From Eubacteriales bacterium (GTDB lineage Bacteria > Bacillota > Clostridia > Oscillospirales > JAAYXM01), in assembly GCA_045580305.1 (NCBI GenBank), contig JAZNNQ010000002.1:1787-65786 (forward strand): DNA of 64,000 nt, given 5' to 3'. This document shows positions 54,879 to 64,000 of this stretch, one piece after another (the stretch's first letter is position 1; each line of letters starts with the position of its first letter). Under the pieces are notes generated by a model that was not told the origin of the DNA, ran no database searches, and saw nothing but the letters and a program-made list of their open reading frames with translations. The translations under genes were made by a program, and so were the position numbers.

Positions 54879-55421
54879 ATGAGAGTTATAACAGGTACGG
54901 CGCGCGGCCGTAAACTTAAAACCTTAGAGGGCCTTGACACCCGCCCGACAACCGACAGAATTAAGGAGTCGATTTTCAATATAATCCAGTTTGAAATCCC
55001 GGGCAGAAAGATACTCGACCTTTTCGGCGGCAGCGGCCAGATGGCAATCGAGGCGCTAAGTCGCGGTGCGGAAAGTGCGGTCATCGTCGATGCATCCACC
55101 GCCGCAACAAAAATAATTGCGGAAAATGTAAAGACCTGCGGCTTTGAGAAGCAGACAAATGTAATAACCGGCGATTTTTCAAACTTTCTTTCCACCACAA
55201 AGGAGAAGTTTGATGTTATCTTTTTAGACCCGCCTTACCGTGAAAATTTTCTTGTGCGCGCCATAAATAAGATTTGTGACATTGACATTTTGACAGATAG
55301 TGGTATAATAGTATGTGAGAGTGCCCGCGAAACGGTTATGCCCGATGTGACTGAGCCGTATACCAAGGGCCGTGAGTATCTTTACGGAAAGTCGAAGATT
55401 ACCGTGTATCGAAGGGGATAG
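54879..55421 (+). CDS. rsmD: 16S rRNA (guanine966-N2)-methyltransferase
   Basis: MRVITGTARGRKLKT.., DLFGGSGQMAIEALSRGA, FLDPPY. Confidence 0.9.
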   Translation: MRVITGTARGRKLKTLEGLDTRPTTDRIKESIFNIIQFEIPGRKILDLFGGSGQMAIEALSRGAESAVIVDASTAATKIIAENVKTCGFEKQTNVITGDFSNFLSTTKEKFDVIFLDPPYRENFLVRAINKICDIDILTDSGIIVCESARETVMPDVTEPYTKGREYLYGKSKITVYRRG

Positions 55422-55423
55422 TT

Positions 55424-55909
55424 ATGAAAACTTGTATCTATCCGGGCAGTTTTGACCCGGTTACCCTCGGGCATCTTGATGTTATCCGTCGCGCCGCTTC
55501 TATCTTTGATAAGGTAGTGGTGGTGGTAATGGTAAACGCCAAGAAAAAGACCCTCTTCACACTTGAAGAGCGGTCAGAGCTTATTAAGCGTGTAACTCGC
55601 GATCTGCCCAATGTAAGCGTTTCCTTTTCCGATGATCTGCTCTCCCGCTATGCGGACACCTTGGGTGACTGCGTGGTGGTCAAGGGTCTGCGCGCAATAA
55701 GCGATTTTGAGGCTGAGTTCCAGCAGGCGCTTATTAACCGCAAGCTTAATCCGAAACTCGAAACCGTGTTCCTGCCGACCTCGGAGGAGTATTTGTACCT
55801 TTCCTCAAGCCTTGTTAAAGAGGTGGGCCTTTTAGACGGTGATATTTCCAAATTTGTACCCGGTGAAATTTTAGACGATGTTAAGAAAAAATTAAGTAAG
55901 GGGAATTAG
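55424..55909 (+). CDS. coaD: pantetheine-phosphate adenylyltransferase
   Basis: IYPGSFDPVTLGHLDVIRRA. 161 aa. Confidence 0.95.
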   Translation: MKTCIYPGSFDPVTLGHLDVIRRAASIFDKVVVVVMVNAKKKTLFTLEERSELIKRVTRDLPNVSVSFSDDLLSRYADTLGDCVVVKGLRAISDFEAEFQQALINRKLNPKLETVFLPTSEEYLYLSSSLVKEVGLLDGDISKFVPGEILDDVKKKLSKGN

Positions 55910-55913
55910 ACTT

Positions 55914-56378
55914 ATGGCTGTAAGAATAGAAGAATTAATCGGTATGTTACACGACGCGATTTCAGACGCATTTACACTGCCCTTCGGCGGTGGCAAGTGT
56001 CTTGTTGATAAGGATGAGGCTCTCGGCTTACTTGACGAAATCCGTGAGAACCTGCCCCAGGATTTAGAGCAGGCACGCGTTATCGTTGAGGAGCGCAACG
56101 ATATTTTAGCTCAGTCCAAGCGTGAGGCTGAGAATATCAAACGCGCCGCTGAAGAGCGTGCACGCCAGCTTGTGTCCGAGGACGAGATTTTACTTACCGC
56201 AAAGCAGAAGGCAAATGAGATGATTACCCTTGCTGAGACCAAGTCCAAGGAGCTCTCCCGTACCGCAAACGAGTATGTTGACGACTCACTCCGCCGCTTA
56301 GAGCAGGTTATGGAGCAGGCGCTCAACGAAACCCATCGCGCAAGAGAGGACTTCAAGAAAGTCTCCGGTAAACAGTAA
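55914..56378 (+). CDS. conserved coiled-coil protein of unknown function
   Basis: 154 aa, highly charged helices. Follows coaD. Confidence 0.5.
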   Translation: MAVRIEELIGMLHDAISDAFTLPFGGGKCLVDKDEALGLLDEIRENLPQDLEQARVIVEERNDILAQSKREAENIKRAAEERARQLVSEDEILLTAKQKANEMITLAETKSKELSRTANEYVDDSLRRLEQVMEQALNETHRAREDFKKVSGKQ

Positions 56379-56384
56379 AAAATC

Positions 56385-56420
56385 AAAAGGCTGTGGCTCA
56401 CCCACAGCCTTTTTCGTTTT
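56385..56420 (+). terminator. rho-independent terminator
   Basis: ggctgtgg-ctca-cccacagcc followed by TTTTT. Confidence 0.85.
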
Positions 56421-56447
56421 TAGTTTTAAGAAAAGAGATGATAAACC

Positions 56448-56882
56448 GTGAATGTCGCGAAAACAAATAAAGATTATCCAGATCCATTGGATGTGAGATA
56501 TAAGCACGACCTTACGCACATCAATGACATAATGGAGCCCTATAGCGACGAAGTGATTTTTTGCGCATTTGGTACCGATTTGCCTATGTTTCATATGACA
56601 GATGATCATTTATATGATATTTTCCAACATGCACCGAGGCATGGCTTAGGATGGCGCGGACTTACTCGTGATTACAATCAGATGGAAGGCACTTTCGGGG
56701 ATTACTTGTGCGTATGGGTGGTTATACCGGATTTAGATGAGTGGATTGAAGATTTGCTGTATTATCAGCACTTCACTTTTTCGTTTGAGGAAACAACGCG
56801 ACCTGCGTATTACGCTCTTCTGGATTGGCTTGGTGCGGCGAAGAAAAGCGTATGCAAAGAGGTTTTGTGTTGTAGGCGGTAG
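56448..56882 (+). CDS. hypothetical protein
   Basis: 144 aa, GTG start. No motif recognised. Confidence 0.4.
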   Translation: MNVAKTNKDYPDPLDVRYKHDLTHINDIMEPYSDEVIFCAFGTDLPMFHMTDDHLYDIFQHAPRHGLGWRGLTRDYNQMEGTFGDYLCVWVVIPDLDEWIEDLLYYQHFTFSFEETTRPAYYALLDWLGAAKKSVCKEVLCCRR

Positions 56883-56927
56883 TTGAGGAAAATACCACAG
56901 CTTTTTTATATCAAAGTAGGTGATTAT

Positions 56928-57602
56928 ATGATATACATAACCGGGGATACTCATATTCCCATAGATATTCAGAAATTATCTTCAAAGTTGTTTCCTGAGC
57001 AGAAGAAAATGACAAAAGGCGACTATGTGATAATTTGCGGCGATTTCGGCGGCCTTTGGGACGGAGGCAATGAAGAAAAATATTGGGTCAAATGGCTTAA
57101 AGATAAAAACTTTACAACCCTGTTCGTGGACGGAAATCACGAGAATTTCTCACTGCTCAACAGCCTGCCGGTAATGGATTTTGCGGGCGGTAAGGTGCAC
57201 CGTGTGGAGGAGGGTGTTTACCACCTTATGCGCGGCGAAATTTACAACCTTGAGGGTAAGAACTTTTTTACCTTTGGCGGCGCGGCGTCTCATGACAGAG
57301 CATATCGTACCGAGGGCAAGAACTGGTGGTCTGAGGAGCTGCCGAGTACGGCGGAATATGAGTACGGGTTGGAAAATTTAAAAAGCCATAACTTTTTCGT
57401 GGATTATATAATCACACACTGCGCACCTGCAGATGTGCAGAATATGATAGCCGCACATTATAAACAAAGCGAACTTACCGCGTTTCTGCAGGAGATAAAA
57501 GCGAAAACCACATATACTCATTGGTATTTCGGTCACTATCACAGAGATATTGCCCTTGACGAAAAGCACACGGTGGTATTTGAAAAGAAGATACTATTAT
57601 AA
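56928..57602 (+). CDS. metallophosphoesterase (calcineurin-like)
   Basis: The internal ATG 56928 follows an RBS. Motifs ITGDTH, CGDFGG, DGNHEN and ITHCAP. Confidence 0.8.
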   Translation: MIYITGDTHIPIDIQKLSSKLFPEQKKMTKGDYVIICGDFGGLWDGGNEEKYWVKWLKDKNFTTLFVDGNHENFSLLNSLPVMDFAGGKVHRVEEGVYHLMRGEIYNLEGKNFFTFGGAASHDRAYRTEGKNWWSEELPSTAEYEYGLENLKSHNFFVDYIITHCAPADVQNMIAAHYKQSELTAFLQEIKAKTTYTHWYFGHYHRDIALDEKHTVVFEKKILL

Positions 57603-57637
57603 AAAGGCTGTGAGCATACCCACAGCCTTTTTGTTTT
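57603..57637 (+). terminator. rho-independent terminator (near-duplicate of 56385-56420)
   Basis: ggctgtg-agcatac-ccacagcc followed by TTTTT. Confidence 0.85.
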
Positions 57638-57653
57638 AGCCCTTTCCTCGTAT

Positions 57654-57712
57654 CTATCTCTCCCTCCGTCAAAAATCAGAGATTTTTGCCACCTCCCTCA
57701 TCATAGGGAGGC
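57654..57712. repeat. 59-bp direct repeat, left copy
   Basis: tatctctccctccgtcaaaaatcagagatttttgccacctccctcatcatagggaggct. Confidence 0.8.
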
Positions 57713-57746
57713 TTTATTTTTTTGGCTCCCTCTGATGAGGGAGCTG

Positions 57747-58115
57747 TCAGCGAAGCTGACTGAGGGAGAGAGTTTTAACAACAAAATCTATGTGTTCGCA
57801 AACACCTGCGAAATTACGGTCTATATCTGTGTTGCAAATTCGTAACACAGATAACCCCATATCTTCCAGTTCTTTTTTGCGGAGGTTATCTTTTTGTTTT
57901 TGTGTATCGGTGTAATGCTCTCCACCGTCAAGCTCAAGTACAAGCTTAGCTTTTGCACAATAGAAGTCAGCGATATAATTTGCTATGGTTTTTTGTCGTT
58001 GGAAACGCGGAGAATAACCTCTTAAGAAATTGTACCACAGCTTTCTTTCCCAAGGGGTCATATTTTTTCTTAATTCTTTTGCCAAAGGAATATTATTTTT
58101 ATTATAGGGTATCAT
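57747..58115 (-). CDS. DUF559 / Vsr-fold endonuclease-domain protein
   Basis: 122 aa. ..RFQRQKTIANYIADFYCAKAKLVLELDGGEH.. is typical of DUF559. The C-terminus runs into a REP-like sequence. Confidence 0.75.
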   Translation of the reverse strand: MIPYNKNNIPLAKELRKNMTPWERKLWYNFLRGYSPRFQRQKTIANYIADFYCAKAKLVLELDGGEHYTDTQKQKDNLRKKELEDMGLSVLRICNTDIDRNFAGVCEHIDFVVKTLSLSQLR

Positions 58116-58119
58116 TTTG

Positions 58120-58178
58120 TATCTCTCCCTCCGTCAAAAATCAGAGATTTATTAAGCCTCCCTCATCATAGGGAGGCT
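58120..58178. repeat. 59-bp direct repeat, right copy
   Basis: tatctctccctccgtcaaaaatcagagatttattaagcctccctcatcatagggaggct. Confidence 0.8.
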
Positions 58179-58180
58179 GA

Positions 58181-58212
58181 ATAAAAACTCCCGTGGAATT
58201 TTCCACGGGAGT
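58181..58212 (-). terminator. rho-independent terminator of purA
   Basis: ctcccgtggaa..ttccacgggag with a T-run on the minus strand. Confidence 0.8.
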
Positions 58213-58217
58213 TAAAC

Positions 58218-59522
<1,305 letters not shown>

Positions 59523-59680
59523 TTATAACACAGATAAAAGAAAAATACAAACCTTTTTTTAAAAATATTTATATAAATTATAGTAGATTTATTTGCGGAA
59601 TTGAGTTATAATATACTATGTATAGATATGTGATAAAGCCTTCCCCTCGAGGAGAAGCCCAAAATAGGCAGGAGTATTTT

Positions 59681-60748
59681 ATGATTTATTTGGACAATGC
59701 CGCCACTACAAAAATGACGGACGCGGCAAAAAATGCATATATTGAAGCGCCCTTCGGCAACCCGTCCTCATTACATAATCTGGGCATTGAGGCCGAGCGT
59801 GTGGTGCGTGACACTCGCGAAAAGCTTGCGAAAAAACTAAATGCCACACGCGAGGAGGTTTTCTTTACCTCCGGCGGCAGTGAGAGCAACAACACCGCTA
59901 TCTTCGGTGCCGCTCGGGCGAGAGCGCGTCGGGGTAAGCATATAATCACCACCGCGGTGGAGCACGCGTCTGTCCTTGAGGCGTGCAAGACGCTTGAAAA
60001 GGACGGCTTTAAGGTTACCTACCTTGCGCCCCAAGACATAACCCCCGAAGGTGTTGTGTCCGCAATGGGTGATGACACGGTTTTAGTATCAATTATGGCG
60101 GTAAATAACGAGGTTGGTGAAGTTTTCCCGATTTTCGATATTGCAAGAGCGGTTAAGGCGAAAAACAAGGATGTTATTTTCCACAGTGACGCGGTTCAGG
60201 CGTTTGGTAAGATACCATTAAATCTCCGTGATGGCAATATTGACCTGCTCAGCATTTCGGGCCATAAAATTCACGCGCCCAAAGGAATAGGTGCGCTTTA
60301 TGTGCGCCGTGGGGTGCGAATTCTGCCACTTATCTGCGGCGGCGGTCAGGAAAAGGGTATGCGCTCGGGCACCGAGAATGTGCCGGGTATCGCCGCTCTT
60401 GGTGCAGTGCTGGATTTTGATATTATGGACGGCACTTTGATAAACAGATTAAAAGACGGGCTTTCCCAAGTCGAGAGTGTGCATATTCTCAAAGAGCCGA
60501 AAGCGCCCCATGTGCTCTCGATATCAATTCCCAAGTACCCCAGCGAGGTGCTTATGCGAATTCTTGAGGAGCGGGGCATATATGTATCCTCCGGCTCTGC
60601 CTGCTCAAAGGGTAAACGGAGCTATGTACTCTCTGCATACGGTGTCAACCCAAAGCTTATTGATTCTGCAATAAGGGTGAGCTTATCGCGATACACCACC
60701 GAGGAAGAGATAGATGAATTTATAAAAGCGGTAAAAGAACTGTTTTAA
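59681..60748 (+). CDS. nifS: cysteine desulfurase (NifS/IscS class V aminotransferase)
   Basis: The ATG at 59681 gives MIYLDNAATT... PLP lysine context SGHKIHAPKG. Catalytic SGSACS. Adjacent to thiI. Confidence 0.9.
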   Translation: MIYLDNAATTKMTDAAKNAYIEAPFGNPSSLHNLGIEAERVVRDTREKLAKKLNATREEVFFTSGGSESNNTAIFGAARARARRGKHIITTAVEHASVLEACKTLEKDGFKVTYLAPQDITPEGVVSAMGDDTVLVSIMAVNNEVGEVFPIFDIARAVKAKNKDVIFHSDAVQAFGKIPLNLRDGNIDLLSISGHKIHAPKGIGALYVRRGVRILPLICGGGQEKGMRSGTENVPGIAALGAVLDFDIMDGTLINRLKDGLSQVESVHILKEPKAPHVLSISIPKYPSEVLMRILEERGIYVSSGSACSKGKRSYVLSAYGVNPKLIDSAIRVSLSRYTTEEEIDEFIKAVKELF

Positions 60749-60762
60749 GTGAGGCATAAATA

Positions 60763-61929
60763 ATGAAAGAAATATTACTGTTAAAATTAGGTGAAATCGT
60801 ACTTAAGGGTTTAAACAGAGGCGCATTTGAGAAGCGTCTTATGAAAAATGTTGCGTGGCGTATCCACGATTTAGGTAAGTTTAAAATCTACTGTCTTCAG
60901 TCTACAATATATGTAGAGCCTGAGGATGAGGGTATTGATATGCTCGAGGTCGAGGACAGAATTGCCAAGGTCTTCGGCGTTGTCAGCATCTGCCGCGCGG
61001 CAGAGTGTCCTAAGGATATGGACGCGATTTTTGACACTGCGGTAAAATTTTTAGGTGATAAATTAAAAAGCGCAAAAACCTTCAAGGTTGACGGTAAGCG
61101 CTCCGACAAGTCCTTCCCGAAAAAGTCACCGGAGATTGCAATGGAAATCGGCGGAAGATTACACGACTTATATCCCAATTTAACCGTCGATGTAAAGAAC
61201 CCCGAGCTTTTAATTAAGGTGGAGGTCAGAGACCGCGCCGCATTTGTACACGCTAATCCCAGAATGGGCGCGGGCGGTATGCCGGTAGGTGCAAACGGTC
61301 GGGCGGCGCTCCTGCTCTCCGGCGGCATCGATTCACCGGTTGCGGGCTATATGATAGCAAAAAGAGGTGTTTCCCTTATGGGCATCCACTTCTTCTCATA
61401 CCCCTATACCTCTGAGCGCGCGAAGCAGAAGGTAATCGAGCTTGCGGAAAAGGTCAGCGCATACACCGGTAAAATGTATGTGGCAATGGTGCCATTTACC
61501 GAAATTCAGGAGAAAATCCGCGATAATTGCGACGAGGATCTGTTCACCCTCATTATGCGCCGCTTTATGATGCGTATTGCTGAGAAAATTGCGATTAAAA
61601 ACGACTGTAAGGCACTTATTACCGGTGAGAGCTTAGGTCAGGTCGCAAGCCAGACTATGGAAGCTCTCGGTGTTACCGCAAGTATGTGCACCTTACCCGT
61701 GCTCCGTCCGGTAATCGGTATGGATAAGGAGGAGATCGTTGTTATCTCCCGTAAGATCGACACCTTTGAAACATCAATCCTGCCTTATGAGGACTGCTGT
61801 ACCGTATTTACACCCAAGCACCCGAAAACCAAGCCGAGACTTTACGATATCGAGGCGGCTGAGGCGGCACTTGATGTTGAGGCTTTGGTAGCGGAGGCTA
61901 TCGAGAAAACCGAATTTGTAGAAATTTAG
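60763..61929 (+). CDS. thiI: tRNA 4-thiouridine synthase
   Basis: THUMP N-terminus. PP-loop LLLSGGIDSPVAGYM. Confidence 0.9.
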   Translation: MKEILLLKLGEIVLKGLNRGAFEKRLMKNVAWRIHDLGKFKIYCLQSTIYVEPEDEGIDMLEVEDRIAKVFGVVSICRAAECPKDMDAIFDTAVKFLGDKLKSAKTFKVDGKRSDKSFPKKSPEIAMEIGGRLHDLYPNLTVDVKNPELLIKVEVRDRAAFVHANPRMGAGGMPVGANGRAALLLSGGIDSPVAGYMIAKRGVSLMGIHFFSYPYTSERAKQKVIELAEKVSAYTGKMYVAMVPFTEIQEKIRDNCDEDLFTLIMRRFMMRIAEKIAIKNDCKALITGESLGQVASQTMEALGVTASMCTLPVLRPVIGMDKEEIVVISRKIDTFETSILPYEDCCTVFTPKHPKTKPRLYDIEAAEAALDVEALVAEAIEKTEFVEI

Positions 61930-61942
61930 AGGTGAATTTGCT

Positions 61943-63187
61943 TTGAGTAAAAGCGCTGAAATTATTGCCGTAGGAACAGAATTGCTCCTTGGCAATATCG
62001 CAAACACAGATGCACAGATGATATCTCAGGCTTTAAGTGAGCTTGGTATAAATGTTTTCTACCACACGGTGGTAGGTGATAATCCCGAGCGCCTTAAGAA
62101 AACCGTGGCAATTGCGAAGGAGCGAGCTGACATTTTAATCACCACCGGCGGTCTTGGCCCCACCTTTGACGATCTTACCAAGCAGACCTTAGCCGAGGCT
62201 TTCGGCAAGGAGCTTTACCGTGACGAGGAGGAGATGGCAAAATTACACGCCTTCTTTGAAAAGCGCGGCACGCCGATGACCAAAAATAACGAACAGCAGG
62301 CGTACCTGCCCGTGGGCTGTACGGTACTTACCAACCCTTGGGGTACCGCACCCGGCTGCGCCTTTGAGGCGGAGGGTAAGGTGGTTATTATGCTGCCCGG
62401 CCCGCCCAGAGAGTGTAAGCCTATGATGTACGAGCGTGCGATGCCGTATCTTAAGAAATTTGTAGACGCTACCATTGTGTCTCACGAGATTAATATTTTC
62501 GGTATGGGTGAGAGCGCGGTCGAGGACAAGATAAAAGAAATCGCCGAGCATATGGAAAACCCCACCCTTGCGCCTTATGCAAAAGAGGGTCAGGTGGTAC
62601 TCCGCGTTACAGGAAAGGCTGAGAATGAGGAAAAGGCAGACGCTCTTACCCGCCCGGTAATCGAACAGGTAAAGAATATTCTGGGCGATGTTATCTACGG
62701 CGTGGATGCAAAATCTTTAGAGGCAAGAGTGGCGGAACTTTTAAAGGAAAAGGGCAAAACCCTGTCCACCGCTGAGTCCTGCACCGCGGGACTTCTTTCC
62801 AAGCGCATTACCGACATCCCGGGCACATCAAGCGTGTTCCTCGGCGGTGTGGTGGTATACAGTAATGAAGCCAAGGAAAATCTCCTGGGCATTCCCCACG
62901 AATTGCTTTCGGATTTCGGCGCGGTAAGCCGCGAATGTGCAACTATGCTCTCCCGCAATGTGGCACAGCTTTTCGGCGCTGACATCGGCGTTGGAATTAC
63001 CGGAATTGCAGGGCCTGACGGCGGCACTGAGGAAAAGCCGGTAGGTACCGTTTATGTATCGGTATCCGCAGGCGGTGTTACCTGGTGCAAGACCATCCGC
63101 CCGCAAAGAGACCGCGCGCTAAACCGCAATATGGCGACCTTAACCGCACTTGATATGGTGAGAAGATATTTAGAAGGACTTAAATAG
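61943..63187 (+). CDS. cinA: competence/damage-inducible protein CinA (NMN amidohydrolase family)
   Basis: TTG start. AEIIAVGTELLLGNIANTD.., C-terminal PncC-like domain. Confidence 0.9.
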   Translation: MSKSAEIIAVGTELLLGNIANTDAQMISQALSELGINVFYHTVVGDNPERLKKTVAIAKERADILITTGGLGPTFDDLTKQTLAEAFGKELYRDEEEMAKLHAFFEKRGTPMTKNNEQQAYLPVGCTVLTNPWGTAPGCAFEAEGKVVIMLPGPPRECKPMMYERAMPYLKKFVDATIVSHEINIFGMGESAVEDKIKEIAEHMENPTLAPYAKEGQVVLRVTGKAENEEKADALTRPVIEQVKNILGDVIYGVDAKSLEARVAELLKEKGKTLSTAESCTAGLLSKRITDIPGTSSVFLGGVVVYSNEAKENLLGIPHELLSDFGAVSRECATMLSRNVAQLFGADIGVGITGIAGPDGGTEEKPVGTVYVSVSAGGVTWCKTIRPQRDRALNRNMATLTALDMVRRYLEGLK

Positions 63188-63204
63188 AGCCTCCTACAAC
63201 AAAT

Positions 63205-63250
63205 AGCCTTCCCCTGGAGGGGAAGGGGGACCGCTTGCGGTGGATGAGGG
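63205..63250. repeat. REP-like double hairpin
   Basis: agccttcccctggaggggaagggggaccgcttgcggtggatgagggg. Confidence 0.7.
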
Positions 63251-63285
63251 GCCTTCCTAAAAAACAAGACCTAAAAAGGTGAATT

Positions 63286-63999
63286 ATGGCTTATTTTGAC
63301 TGCTTTTACGATTCTGATAAACTGAATAAGAAAACCGCCTTTCGGGTAAATATTCCCGACGGTGTGGATGTGACAAGTGCGCCTGTGGTGTATCTGCTTC
63401 ACGGACTTGACGGCACATATCTTTCCTGGTTTGACAATACCGATTTAATCGGCGCTTCAAACCGCGCGGGAGTTATAATCGTATCACCCGATGCGGGCAA
63501 CAGCTTTTACACCGGCGCGCACCTTGACTTTATTGTTGAGGAGCTTATTCCCTTTACCGAGCGCACCTTTAATTTAAAGGGTAAACGGCATATAGCGGGC
63601 GTTTCAATGGGCGGTCACGGCGCTTATAAAATAGCGCTCAAATATCCTGAGCTTTTTGAAACCGCGGGGTCATTTTCCGGTGTGCTTGATCTTCAAGCGC
63701 CCATTAACGACGCCATAGATACCCGTGCAAGAGCTTGTATGGAAGCGGTATTCGGTAAGGATTTCGATCTTAAAGGTACGGAAAACGACCTTTTTGACTT
63801 GATTTATAAGTCAAAGCCTATGAAAATGTACCAGTTCTGCGGTAAGGAGGATTTCCTCTATTCGGTTAATTTAAGCTTCCGCAGACACGGAAACTTCGCA
63901 AAGATGGACATTGATTTCTTCGAGGCGCAGGGCGACCATACATGGCCTACCTGGGCAAGACAGATAGACCACTATCTCAATTGGGTAAAAGAGGTGTAA
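63286..63999 (+). CDS. esterase family protein (alpha/beta hydrolase, esterase D-like)
   Basis: 237 aa. LLHGLDG.., nucleophile elbow GVSMGGHGA, C-terminal ..GDHTW. Confidence 0.75.
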   Translation: MAYFDCFYDSDKLNKKTAFRVNIPDGVDVTSAPVVYLLHGLDGTYLSWFDNTDLIGASNRAGVIIVSPDAGNSFYTGAHLDFIVEELIPFTERTFNLKGKRHIAGVSMGGHGAYKIALKYPELFETAGSFSGVLDLQAPINDAIDTRARACMEAVFGKDFDLKGTENDLFDLIYKSKPMKMYQFCGKEDFLYSVNLSFRRHGNFAKMDIDFFEAQGDHTWPTWARQIDHYLNWVKEV

Positions 64000-64000
64000 A

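Overview
The window looks like a chromosomal segment of a moderate-GC Firmicute of the class Clostridia, judged from gene content: SLH-anchored surface proteins, MutS2, Era-RecO, NifS-ThiI and Phd/Doc. Genes lie almost entirely on the + strand. About 23.2-64 kb is ordinary housekeeping: purine salvage, PutP, a cobalamin-riboswitch-controlled B12-binding surface-protein pair, ADH, transporters, pyruvate kinase, RlmB, Era, RecO, MutS2, UvrC, RsmD, CoaD, PurA, NifS, ThiI and CinA. This part is peppered with REP-like palindromic repeats and a few small insertion-like units. The left third (about 0.4-23.2 kb) is a defence-type accessory region with three parts. (i) An HTH-WYL-regulated operon (684-6229) encodes two dynamin-like GTPases, one of them split between the G1 P-loop and the rest of the G domain, plus two small tail-anchored or Cys-rich partners. 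Three unknown genes follow it. (ii) A sharply A+T-rich block of about 12.8 kb (about 7.93-20.79 kb) carries three different large TIR-domain proteins: TIR plus about 1050 aa of helical sequence, TIR-NACHT-WD40-like, and TIR-TM-extracytoplasmic propeller. It also carries a ParB/Srx-like putative toxin, and a protein with three SpoVG-like repeats that is translationally coupled to the TIR-NACHT gene. (iii) A fourth TIR protein (TIR-NB-ARC-TPR) has host-like GC and is tightly coupled to adenine deaminase and a LOG-family gene. I recognised no rRNA, tRNA, CRISPR array, integrase or transposase. All domain calls come from motifs read in the translations, since no database search was possible.
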